Virus record (IMG/VR): IMGVR_UViG_3300010201_000015
Location: 1-28,801 of that record
DNA from: a virus
Taxonomy: Duplodnaviria; Caudoviricetes
Length of the DNA: 28,801 nt
Reading direction: 5' to 3' (one strand)
Position numbers and translations under genes: made by a program. Below, one piece after another: positions 1 through 8,419 of this stretch. Below the pieces are notes generated by a model. The model saw only the letters and a program-made list of their open reading frames with translations. It was not told the origin of the DNA and made no database searches. Numbering within the stretch: the stretch's first letter is position 1; every line of letters begins with the position of its first letter.

Positions 1-1161
1 ATGTTAGACTATTCAATGAGATTTGTTTATGACCGAAAGAATGAAACAGGACACAAAGACAAAGACAAATCAAAAAAGAAAAAAGATTATAAAGAAACAG
101 GGCTTCTACAGATAGAAGTGAGAAAAGACGGAACGGATAAGAGAGTTTTTATATCTACCAATATAAGAATTAAGCCAGATCAATTTTCTGAAAAGAACGG
201 ATTTACATGCAGAAATCATGATAGCGCAAAAACACTAACAGGTAAGGCTCAGGAAAGATTTCGTAGAATAGAATCATTTGTCAGATCAGAAAGATGTCAT
301 GATATTTCTGATGTTAAATATTGGGATAAAGTTGATTTCTCAAAAATATCTATAGTAGAATTTATTGATAGCGAATTAAGGCGCAAAAACGCATCTGTTA
401 CCGTCGTAGAGTATAATCATTCATTTATAAAAAGATTGAATGAATATGGAAAGATTAAAACCTTCGAGGATATTAATTATAATAATATAGTAGGATTAGA
501 TGCCGTATTAAGACAATACATTACTTCTGAGCCAACATTATATAAAAGACACTCTTTGTTTAAGGGATATATTCAGGAAGCAATTAACAGAGGCTTATTT
601 AAGGGCCCTAATCCTTATGCGTTGTTCAAAAATGCAAAAGCAAAATCAAAAGATCCAATTTATTTGACAGAAGAAGAAGTAAATAAACTTAAAGAATATA
701 CTCCAGATTACGGATATCTAGAACGCACGAAAGATCTTTATTTATTTCAATGTTATACCGGTCTAGCTTATGCAGATCTTATGAAATTTAGTAAGGAATC
801 AATAAGAGAAGTTGACGGATATAAAGCCATACAGAGCAATAGAGAAAAGACAGACGAAAATTTTATAACATTATTTCTCCCCGAAGCTGAACGTATCGCA
901 ATAAAGTATAATTATGAGTTGCCTAAAATAACCAATCAGAAATATAATGAATATCTAAAAGATGTAGCGAAAGGAGCTGGTATCAACAAACCTCTAATAT
1001 CGCATTCAGCTAGACATACATTTGCTACTTATTTATTGAATAAAGACATCCCTATTGAAACAGTTGCCAGGGCATTAGGACATAGCAATATTAAGCAAAC
1101 ACAGCATTATGCTAAATTGTTAGGCAAAAAAGTCATTGACGACATGAAGAAACTATTGTAA
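1..1161 (+). CDS. int: Tyrosine recombinase / phage integrase, Bacteroidota type
   Basis: HSARHT (HxxR), LGH and TQHYA (catalytic Tyr). Box I reads YTGLAYADL, with the first Arg replaced as is common in Bacteroidota integrases. N-terminal arm-binding-like region. Confidence 0.95.
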   Translation: MLDYSMRFVYDRKNETGHKDKDKSKKKKDYKETGLLQIEVRKDGTDKRVFISTNIRIKPDQFSEKNGFTCRNHDSAKTLTGKAQERFRRIESFVRSERCHDISDVKYWDKVDFSKISIVEFIDSELRRKNASVTVVEYNHSFIKRLNEYGKIKTFEDINYNNIVGLDAVLRQYITSEPTLYKRHSLFKGYIQEAINRGLFKGPNPYALFKNAKAKSKDPIYLTEEEVNKLKEYTPDYGYLERTKDLYLFQCYTGLAYADLMKFSKESIREVDGYKAIQSNREKTDENFITLFLPEAERIAIKYNYELPKITNQKYNEYLKDVAKGAGINKPLISHSARHTFATYLLNKDIPIETVARALGHSNIKQTQHYAKLLGKKVIDDMKKLL

Positions 1162-1330
1162 TCATGTCTAGTTCTATTAGTATTTCTAATATACGACCAA
1201 GTGACAGCTCTTTTCTTTTGGCTCTTTTTTTTATCTCAAAAGCCTGAGCGCAATTTATAGATGTGCCGGAATACCAATTTCTATTTGATACAACTATAGA
1301 AAATAATTCTCTTATTTCTTGTTCTGTCAT
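1133..1330 (-). CDS. Small basic hypothetical protein, possibly HTH-like DNA-binding
   Basis: 65 aa, helical and basic. ATGA overlap with the upstream ParB-like gene at 1327-1330. 3' end overlaps the integrase 3' end. Confidence 0.6.
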   Translation of the reverse strand: MTEQEIRELFSIVVSNRNWYSGTSINCAQAFEIKKRAKRKELSLGRILEILIELDMITIVSSCRQ

Positions 1331-1929
1331 CTTTCAATCTCCCAACTATTACTAAATTCTTTATCTTTAAATAGCTCTGCTAAACCGGTAACTTGTTTTA
1401 GCCTTAACACCTCGTCTGCATCCATTCCTAGCTCTATACCTATTCGCGCATTAGTCCAATTATGTTTTCTGAGCATAGCGACTAATTTAGCCGACAACTC
1501 AACCTGATGCGTTCCTCTTGCCATATTATGGCGAACAGTAGACGTTATCCTATCCTCTATAGATTTATTTAATTTTGACACCGGAACATATCCGCACAAA
1601 CTTTCGTTTATGTCCTTATCATTCTGTATAACAGTTGTCCTATGAAATCCATCTACAACAACATAAGGTTTATTTTTATTGGATTGGTCCGCTACAACTA
1701 TAGGCATAGTGACACCGTCTTTTTTAATTGACAGCTTTAAAAGTTTCATCTCAGGAGGTGCGACTTTATTCGGATTATAATCATTCCCTTGTATCCTGTC
1801 AGCCTTCACTAACTGTATATTTAACGATGGGTGATTAAGTCCTAGCCAATTATATAATTGTTGACTTATATCGTTATATATTTTAACTTTTTCGTCTATA
1901 GAAATATCATTCGGTAAATCTATGTTCAT
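1327..1929 (-). CDS. ibrB: IbrB-like ParB/sulfiredoxin-domain protein
   Basis: NDYNPNKVAPPEMKLLKLSI..DG..MPIV, VVDGFHR and STVRHNMARGTH motifs; C-terminal HTH-like segment; adjacent to the IbrA-like gene. Confidence 0.88.
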   Translation of the reverse strand: MNIDLPNDISIDEKVKIYNDISQQLYNWLGLNHPSLNIQLVKADRIQGNDYNPNKVAPPEMKLLKLSIKKDGVTMPIVVADQSNKNKPYVVVDGFHRTTVIQNDKDINESLCGYVPVSKLNKSIEDRITSTVRHNMARGTHQVELSAKLVAMLRKHNWTNARIGIELGMDADEVLRLKQVTGLAELFKDKEFSNSWEIER

Positions 1930-3131
1930 AATATATCTGAATATTTAGTTATTATCTCTAATTGCTTTTCCATGTCTCTTTTTGTTTGAGAAAATGAAAG
2001 TCCTTTACACCAATAATCATTCTTAAGTAATACTTTGCAGACACGCCTCCATGATGGAACTTTTTTTGCTGCTTCCTTTTTAGGATCATCATAATCCGGG
2101 ATAACAGTTACACCTTCAGATTCCCACCATTTTATAAATTTATCTATTTTTTCCTTATAATGTTCTGCAAGGTAAGGAGGCATAGTATCCAATAGGAATT
2201 TAGCGTATGATTCATAATTATGATTAGGAGGTAGTATCACCTTATAATTTCCCAATGTTGTTTTATCTGTTTCAGTATATCTATTTCCAAAATTAGCACC
2301 TTCTACACGTCCAACTACTTTAGCCCATGTTTCAGGTTCTAACGCTTTAAATAAACACAATCCTTGCCTCTGATCATCTCCGTATGGCTGGCACAACCTC
2401 ATTTTAGATAAAGGTACACCAGCCAGATACATAAGATCATATACTTTATTATAGTCCCATCCTTTTTTTGTATTTGCGATCCATATATCTTCTGTTTTCC
2501 AATCATATATAGGATATGCATTGTAAATCTCGCTATCTTCCTTTGGGAATAATTTAGTAGTCCATTGTTTATTATTGTATGTTATCTTGCTTTCGCTCGC
2601 GATAGTCCTAAACCTATTCAGACTCTCATCGCTTCGTATGCCGACAACTGTACATGTTTTCTTACCATCAGAAAACCATTTTGCAAATTCTGGAACAAAC
2701 TCTTCGAACTCCATCCCAATACGAAAGAAAGGAAAATAACTAACATCTTCTATGACGTGCTTATTTATGGGAATATCTCTAACCCATGCATCTTTTTTAT
2801 TTTCATCCCAGCATATCCAATGCTGCTGAAATTGGCTTACAGCATTTCTTAGGTGTATGGGCAAACATACCCACCATCCCTGAACTTCAGGTCTATTAAA
2901 CATTCTATGTGTAAAATCAATAGCATGCTGATATTGAGCTTCCATGTCTATGTATAGCACATTTACAGGTAGCTTATTAAGTCTTGTAGCTACCTCAATA
3001 GCAAGGTTTAATAAAACACCACTATCCTTTCCGTTTGAAAATGATATACATACTTTATCAAAATGGGTATATATATATTCATATCTTTCAATAGCAGCAT
3101 CATATACATTTACATCTATATACTTTTTCAT
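1926..3131 (-). CDS. ibrA: IbrA-like PAPS-reductase family (PP-loop) protein with DUF3440-like C-terminus
   Basis: PP-loop SFSNGKDSG, GIRSDESLNR, YPIYDW, MRLCQPYGDDQR and C-terminal PSWRRVCKVLLKNDYWCKGLSF. Confidence 0.9.
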   Translation of the reverse strand: MKKYIDVNVYDAAIERYEYIYTHFDKVCISFSNGKDSGVLLNLAIEVATRLNKLPVNVLYIDMEAQYQHAIDFTHRMFNRPEVQGWWVCLPIHLRNAVSQFQQHWICWDENKKDAWVRDIPINKHVIEDVSYFPFFRIGMEFEEFVPEFAKWFSDGKKTCTVVGIRSDESLNRFRTIASESKITYNNKQWTTKLFPKEDSEIYNAYPIYDWKTEDIWIANTKKGWDYNKVYDLMYLAGVPLSKMRLCQPYGDDQRQGLCLFKALEPETWAKVVGRVEGANFGNRYTETDKTTLGNYKVILPPNHNYESYAKFLLDTMPPYLAEHYKEKIDKFIKWWESEGVTVIPDYDDPKKEAAKKVPSWRRVCKVLLKNDYWCKGLSFSQTKRDMEKQLEIITKYSDIL

Positions 3132-4342
3132 ATATCTTGCATCAATTGATTATAACTTACTTTTTTAATATAATCAGCCATGCTAATTTTGTTTTCTATA
3201 TTTTTATCTATAAGACTTTCTAAACCTACATTACCGGTAGTATTTATATATTTTACCGGTTTATTCCTCCCCATCCTATTTGTTCGTCCTTTAGCTTGCT
3301 TAACCAAATAATAATCCCAAATCTTATCCCAGAATATAGTATTGTCATAGTCATATTGTAGATTAAGCGAAAGAGCATTCTTTTGATAACTCAGTACTAA
3401 CGATTCAGGGAATAGTTTTTTACAGTGATTTTGACTATCAATATACTTGCAATATATTATTGTTCTCTTTTTGTCAATATCTTTAATAATACTCCTTACT
3501 TTCTCCGTTTTTTCTTCCGATAGGCAATATGAATGCTGCATTTTTTGCGTCATTTCCATGAAAATATTGTTATTTTTCCATAGTAGCATTTCATTATCCA
3601 AATACTTTTCCTTTAATCTGTAATATTCCGATTTATTATCTATGCAAAATGAAATGTCATTATTTATTATTTCATTCTTATTATCTGAATCGCATTCATA
3701 TACATAATGTCCTATAACCGAATACAAGTAATCTATGTTTGCAAACCCTGATACAAATGTTTTTTCACTTACTTTCTTACCTATAATTTTAGTAATTTTG
3801 GTCTTTTGACAAAAAGTATTTTCAAACTCTGATAACGGCATATTTAATATCTTAGGACTTAGAAAATACATTTGACACCATATATCAAGTATGTTTCTAG
3901 TTATAGGGGTAGCGTTTGCAATTAGTTTATATTCTGAACATTTACTTAGTTCCAAAACTCTTTTAGTTCTTACAGCATCAAAATTCTTCATCTTAATACT
4001 TTCATCAACAACTATAAAAGGATTCTTGCATGATGATAATTTTGAAATAATATTTAGATATACTCTATCAGACATACCAATAGATTCAATTCCTGCATAT
4101 TGGACAGGTGCATTAAATCCATCCCATTTATTTACTTCATCAATTACCGACTTTATACCCAATGGAGTATTTATAGAACAATAAGGAGCAATATATAAAA
4201 CAAAGTCAATATTCGATACTGAATTAACAAGTTCTACAATAGTTCTTGTTTTGCCTTCTCCTGTATCCATGAATAAAGCACCAACTTTAAACTTATTAAG
4301 CTTATCAATTGCTTTTTCCTGATTATCGGATAAGGCTTTCAT
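3128..4342 (-). CDS. Compact SNF2-family (SF2) helicase/translocase
   Basis: Q-motif-like NQEKA, Walker A GALFMDTGEGKT, Walker B VVDES, motif III NATP, motif VI QAKGRTNRMGR. Confidence 0.88.
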   Translation of the reverse strand: MKALSDNQEKAIDKLNKFKVGALFMDTGEGKTRTIVELVNSVSNIDFVLYIAPYCSINTPLGIKSVIDEVNKWDGFNAPVQYAGIESIGMSDRVYLNIISKLSSCKNPFIVVDESIKMKNFDAVRTKRVLELSKCSEYKLIANATPITRNILDIWCQMYFLSPKILNMPLSEFENTFCQKTKITKIIGKKVSEKTFVSGFANIDYLYSVIGHYVYECDSDNKNEIINNDISFCIDNKSEYYRLKEKYLDNEMLLWKNNNIFMEMTQKMQHSYCLSEEKTEKVRSIIKDIDKKRTIIYCKYIDSQNHCKKLFPESLVLSYQKNALSLNLQYDYDNTIFWDKIWDYYLVKQAKGRTNRMGRNKPVKYINTTGNVGLESLIDKNIENKISMADYIKKVSYNQLMQDI

Positions 4343-4652
4343 CTGGAGTAGTTTTTTGGGGATCTATTTTATCCGGATATATTGTTTCTACTATTGTTAG
4401 TATATTATGCTCAATTTTCTTTGTAACCGTATTAAATATTCTTTCTTTTTTTCTTGAGAATTGAATACTTTTTTTTTCTAATATCCATTCACTTATATAA
4501 TATGCATCTGATTTTTGACTATCATAATCAATACCTAATACCTGTGACTTAGGAATTATATCTTCTGATCCATCAAAAGCAGTTGCTTTATAAGCCTTAT
4601 CAGATATACTAATAAGACTTTTTAGCCGAACAGAATAACATTTTATTTTCAT
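4323..4652 (-). CDS. Hypothetical protein (109 aa)
   Basis: ORF starts 1 nt after the upstream stop and overlaps the helicase start by 20 nt. ISDKA...IPKSQV...WI pattern suggests a small beta-rich phage protein. Confidence 0.75.
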   Translation of the reverse strand: MKIKCYSVRLKSLISISDKAYKATAFDGSEDIIPKSQVLGIDYDSQKSDAYYISEWILEKKSIQFSRKKERIFNTVTKKIEHNILTIVETIYPDKIDPQKTTPDESLIR

Positions 4653-4653
4653 A

Positions 4654-5163
4654 TTAAAAAATTGCTACTTCATTCTTAGTAATATATCCATTAAATCCCA
4701 TTTCTTTTAATTCTGATACTAGAATATTTTGATAGTTAAAATCAGATAATAATTGAAATTCATGATATATTAATCCTTTCATTAACTCTAATTCAGTATT
4801 TCCGTTATTTAAATCATTAACTTTTTTACTCCACATTTTTATATCTTTTTTCTTTTTCATAGATGATAAAATAGATTCATAAGTTGGTCTCATTTTATCT
4901 ATCTGATCATTAATGTACGTTTTGTATGATTTTAGCATAGAGTAATTATTGTTCATATCAAAAAGATTAAGATCATTTATTTCTATAACTTCTAATTCAC
5001 ATTCGTAATTTATATCTCCATTTTCAAAATATACATATCTATAATTTTCAGCATACTCAAGATTAGTAGCATAATACTTTATATAATTAGGATTCTTCTC
5101 TATTCCTGTGCGATTGAATTTCCTATCTTTTCTGTTTTTTGAATTATATCTATAAAGTCTCAT
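4654..5163 (-). CDS. Putative ADP-ribosyltransferase-fold protein (ART-PolyVal-like)
   Basis: N-terminal LYRY strand, YYATNLEYAENY, and C-terminal GFNGY...NEVAIF with a candidate catalytic Glu, in the order seen in phage ART domains. ORF is well supported; function is inferred. Confidence 0.5.
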   Translation of the reverse strand: MRLYRYNSKNRKDRKFNRTGIEKNPNYIKYYATNLEYAENYRYVYFENGDINYECELEVIEINDLNLFDMNNNYSMLKSYKTYINDQIDKMRPTYESILSSMKKKKDIKMWSKKVNDLNNGNTELELMKGLIYHEFQLLSDFNYQNILVSELKEMGFNGYITKNEVAIF

Positions 5164-5183
5164 ATACTATATTTTTGATATAA

Positions 5184-5214
5184 CAAAGGTAGTTATTCTA
5201 TAATAAATATCAAA
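5184..5214 (-). promoter_or_regulatory. Bacteroidota housekeeping-sigma promoter (-33 TTTG, -7 TAnnTTTG) for the 5163->1133 cassette
   Basis: Minus strand TTTG (5214-5211), 19 nt spacer, TACCTTTG (5191-5184), 20 nt before the ATG at 5163. Matches the consensus TTTG-N19-21-TAnnTTTG. Confidence 0.8.
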
Positions 5215-5235
5215 ATAATATTGATGTTTATTATA
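5199..5235. repeat. 15-bp inverted repeat (14/15 match, 7-bp spacer) over the -33 box; candidate operator
   Basis: TATAATAAATATCAA-aataata-TTGATGTTTATTATA. Confidence 0.55.
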
Positions 5236-5248
5236 TGTTTTATAGCAT

Positions 5249-5283
5249 AAAAATAAACCGCCTATCTTCCCAGACAAGCGGTT
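5249..5283 (-). terminator. Intrinsic terminator ending the lysis/late operon
   Basis: Minus strand AACCGCTTGTCT-GGGA-AGATAGGCGGTT (12-bp stem with two G-U pairs, GNRA loop) followed by TATTTTT, downstream of the spanin stop. Confidence 0.85.
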
Positions 5284-5320
5284 CCGCATTAACCTTAAAT
5301 CTAATACCTATGAAAAACAC

Positions 5321-5773
5321 TTATATTTTGAATATTAACTTTTTAAAGAATGAGAATATAATAGATCTGTATTTTATACCCAGATAGAGTGCCAAAGCAA
5401 CTAAAACCAGAGACGTGAACCATACACAAGCCTCTTGATACCAATTAAGCCTATTAATATAAATCGTGTCTCCTTTTACAGGATATGGGATTTGGACCAT
5501 GCTATCTCGGCTAACAGTATCAACTCTTAGTTTATCCCGGTACAAATATTTATATTTCTCTTTAGTAAAGAATACCGTATCTCCTTTCATATATCTATCC
5601 TGAAATATAGAATCATATTTATATATCGAATCGACACGCAGGCGTTCTTTGTACTCGGTTTTTACAGTTTCAACAGGCACATATACCGTTTTACTTTTGC
5701 AGCTAGTAAACAGCCACAAAACAATCAGTAAAATAATAACGCATATTATTTGTATTTTGGTAGCTTTTTTCAT
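5321..5773 (-). CDS. Putative unimolecular spanin
   Basis: N-terminal lipoprotein signal ending LFTSC, beta-rich middle, single C-terminal TM helix with basic tail; last gene of the lysis module. Confidence 0.75.
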   Translation of the reverse strand: MKKATKIQIICVIILLIVLWLFTSCKSKTVYVPVETVKTEYKERLRVDSIYKYDSIFQDRYMKGDTVFFTKEKYKYLYRDKLRVDTVSRDSMVQIPYPVKGDTIYINRLNWYQEACVWFTSLVLVALALYLGIKYRSIIFSFFKKLIFKI

Positions 5774-6870
5774 AAGGCATATTTGAATAAATCTTGTTGT
5801 AAACTCTTTCTATGTTCGGCTTTCCGCTCTTCTCCTTTTTCGAAATATTCATCGTCTATCTCGAAACTGATACAATCAACACCGAAATTCATACAGGCTA
5901 TATCAGTTGAAGCCGAACCTCTGAAAGTATCTAATACTAAAGGTTTTAGTTTGTCGGGTTCAACTTTGCAAACCAATGCTAAAAGACGTTCAAGCAAACG
6001 GGGCGGTTTTTGGGTTGGATGTATGGCTTTATAATGTTCGCGCCCTTCTCGAATAATAGATTTCTCGTTCAAGCCTAATGCTATAGATTGCATAGCGTTT
6101 GCGCATCGGTCGCCATTTGCTCTTTCTCCAAACAAACCATGTCCTATAATTCGGGATTCATCGTAATCGGTTCTAACAATAGATTTTTCATTCATGCCGT
6201 CTTGTATTTGTTTAACAACAGCAACACTTCGATCTATCGTACCATGATCGCCACCATCGGATGCGCGATGTTTATAGGTAGCTTCCTTATAGGTAATGTC
6301 ATTATTCTCTAAGAAAGCCAATACAGCATCTAAAGATTTAGTATTCTTAAATACTGATCGCATACGTTTTATATCCTGACAAATAGAAGGTATATCATGC
6401 CCTTTCATTTCCAGATAAGGAACTTTGACCTTGTTGATAGTTCCACTACCTTTGGTGTGAATAGATACCGTTTCGTGCACTCGGCTCATAGCCATAAGAG
6501 GACTACTGCAATAGGATTTATCCCAGATGATCTCCTCCTTAAAAGTAAATGCTTTCGGCAAAGGTTTTATACCAAGAAAGCTTTTTATCCAAGCAATAAC
6601 AGAACAATCCTTTTTAGGCATTTCTGCAAGAATAGTATTCCATCTATAGAAAGAAGAGCCACGCCCGAATAAGATAATAAAGCCATCGGGTTTAAGCACA
6701 CGCCTTACTTGCTTGAAATATTCCCATTCATCAAATGGTCTGTCTAACTTCTGATTCTTCAAATACAAGTACGGAGGATCGGTGCAGATAACATCGACTG
6801 ATTCATTAGGTAGGAGCTTTATTAATTCAATGCAATCTCCTTTATATGATTTGTTACGTTCTAATATCAT
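5770..6870 (-). CDS. DNA N6-adenine/N4-cytosine methyltransferase (beta class), orphan
   Basis: GDCIELIK, catalytic DPPY, HPTQKP, SAM-binding-like VLDTFRGSAST and EIDDEYF. No cognate endonuclease seen. Confidence 0.93.
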   Translation of the reverse strand: MILERNKSYKGDCIELIKLLPNESVDVICTDPPYLYLKNQKLDRPFDEWEYFKQVRRVLKPDGFIILFGRGSSFYRWNTILAEMPKKDCSVIAWIKSFLGIKPLPKAFTFKEEIIWDKSYCSSPLMAMSRVHETVSIHTKGSGTINKVKVPYLEMKGHDIPSICQDIKRMRSVFKNTKSLDAVLAFLENNDITYKEATYKHRASDGGDHGTIDRSVAVVKQIQDGMNEKSIVRTDYDESRIIGHGLFGERANGDRCANAMQSIALGLNEKSIIREGREHYKAIHPTQKPPRLLERLLALVCKVEPDKLKPLVLDTFRGSASTDIACMNFGVDCISFEIDDEYFEKGEERKAEHRKSLQQDLFKYAL

Positions 6871-7388
6871 GGGATGTATTTAAAATCGTTAATCCTATTT
6901 ATCCACCCATTACGGAATTTTTTGTTTGCGGGTCTGCTAGCAATAATTCGATCAACATAATCTATTCGTTCTTGCTTTATTTTATCGAATAATTCTTTTT
7001 GATTCGGATAGTTATTTAATGCTTGCAACGTTTTGTTACCTACAACGCTATCTATTTGTACGTTAAGTATCTTTTGAGGTAATTTAATACCGTATCCTCC
7101 AGATGCCCAAACCCAATCAACAAGAATATTCGCTATTGACTGATTATTTATATTATCAGCTTGCCACTTATCCCAATACAGGGTTTTAAGTATATCTTTC
7201 CATTGTTCGTCAGATATATTTTTTAGACGCTCTATGGTTGGTTTTGGATAACCTTTAAGCTTACAATAATACTCATAAGTACCTATTGTCACACCTTTAT
7301 TTGTGGCACCTCCTAAATCATCTGGATCGTTTACAAAACCGCCCTCCCATTTTAATATTATTGGAATTAGTTTATTTATATCAGCCAT
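6867..7388 (-). CDS. Endolysin, glycoside hydrolase family 108 with C-terminal peptidoglycan-binding domain
   Basis: WEGGFVNDPDDLGGATNKGVT and C-terminal KFRNGWINRI. Confidence 0.93.
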   Translation of the reverse strand: MADINKLIPIILKWEGGFVNDPDDLGGATNKGVTIGTYEYYCKLKGYPKPTIERLKNISDEQWKDILKTLYWDKWQADNINNQSIANILVDWVWASGGYGIKLPQKILNVQIDSVVGNKTLQALNNYPNQKELFDKIKQERIDYVDRIIASRPANKKFRNGWINRINDFKYIP

Positions 7389-7417
7389 ATACTTTACATT
7401 TTACCGAATGAAAAATA

Positions 7418-7918
7418 CTACTCTATATTTTTAAATGAGTCCTCTTGATCTGTTTCTTTATTTTCTTGAGATTCTCTCTTTACTATTTCAGAAATACCTT
7501 TTATTAAATCACCTCTATTTTCAAGTAGGGTAACTAATTCTTCTAGGCTTTTCGTCATTCTTCTTTTATCTTTATCATGCGCTTTTTCAAAAATTGATTT
7601 GCCTTCAATGATTAAAATAAATACAGTACCTGCCATCGTTGCATACGGCAATGGTAGGAAGAATGTTATAATACAGTCGAACATAAACATAAAGAACAGT
7701 AAAGCGAAGTATAGGACTCCTTTAGTTACTGTACGTCTAAGACCATATGAAGTTCTTGCTTCTCCTCTCTTTTTTGCCTTTCGCCATCCAAAAGCCAGAT
7801 CAAGAGACATCGCAGCCAATGATAAGCCCCACATTATGCCGATTATAGCTAATTCGCTTTTTAAAGCATCACCATTACCATCAAGGAAGTGTTGTACGAT
7901 TAATAACATAATCTGCAA
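7418..7918 (-). CDS. Holin (phage_holin_4_1-like)
   Basis: Three TM segments, DL..GWRKAKKRGEARTSYGLRRTVTK, IEGKSIFEK, charged C-terminal tail; immediately upstream of the endolysin. Confidence 0.85.
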   Translation of the reverse strand: MQIMLLIVQHFLDGNGDALKSELAIIGIMWGLSLAAMSLDLAFGWRKAKKRGEARTSYGLRRTVTKGVLYFALLFFMFMFDCIITFFLPLPYATMAGTVFILIIEGKSIFEKAHDKDKRRMTKSLEELVTLLENRGDLIKGISEIVKRESQENKETDQEDSFKNIE

Positions 7919-8399
7919 AAAATATTAGGAGTAAAACAATAATACCGACTATAAGAATAGGGTATACAACCATTAACACGGCTACTACTTTAGCATTTGG
8001 CAATAATATTGCGAAAAGAGATATAACATTCAGTAATGTATATCCAATGCTGACTATCTTTGTGTAAGTGCATGATTTGTACCTAAACGCCTTAGCCAAA
8101 AAGAAAGAAGCAAAAACAACTAATGTTAGACTATTGAATAACGGATACCAGAAAAGAAGATAGTCTTTTCCCTGTGGCATAAACCATGATATTAGTTCTA
8201 TAATAGCAGCAACGAATATCACTAGACCCATCCATATATCCAAAGCCTTTCTTTTTGCCTTTCTAGTAGGTTCTTCAACTACACTTCTTTTAGTCGGCTT
8301 GTCTGGGTTAACTATAACCTCGTCAGGCGGTCTTATAGCACTCTTTGTAGGTTTCTTCGGATTTTCTATTACTTCATCCGGTGGTCTTATTTCTCCCAT
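7881..8399 (-). CDS. Four-TM membrane protein with Pro-rich N-terminal tandem repeat (lysis-module associated)
   Basis: Four hydrophobic stretches, IRPPDEVIxNPxKPTK present twice, 38-nt overlap with the holin. Confidence 0.75.
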   Translation of the reverse strand: MGEIRPPDEVIENPKKPTKSAIRPPDEVIVNPDKPTKRSVVEEPTRKAKRKALDIWMGLVIFVAAIIELISWFMPQGKDYLLFWYPLFNSLTLVVFASFFLAKAFRYKSCTYTKIVSIGYTLLNVISLFAILLPNAKVVAVLMVVYPILIVGIIVLLLIFFADYVINRTTLP

Positions 8400-8419
8400 A
8401 ATATTTTTAATTAGTTATG

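Noticed and set aside
1926-3131. Canonical Dnd/Ssp phosphorothioation or sulfate-assimilation cysH locus
   Set aside because: No DndA/D/E, Ssp or cys genes nearby; the motifs and ParB partner fit IbrA/IbrB.
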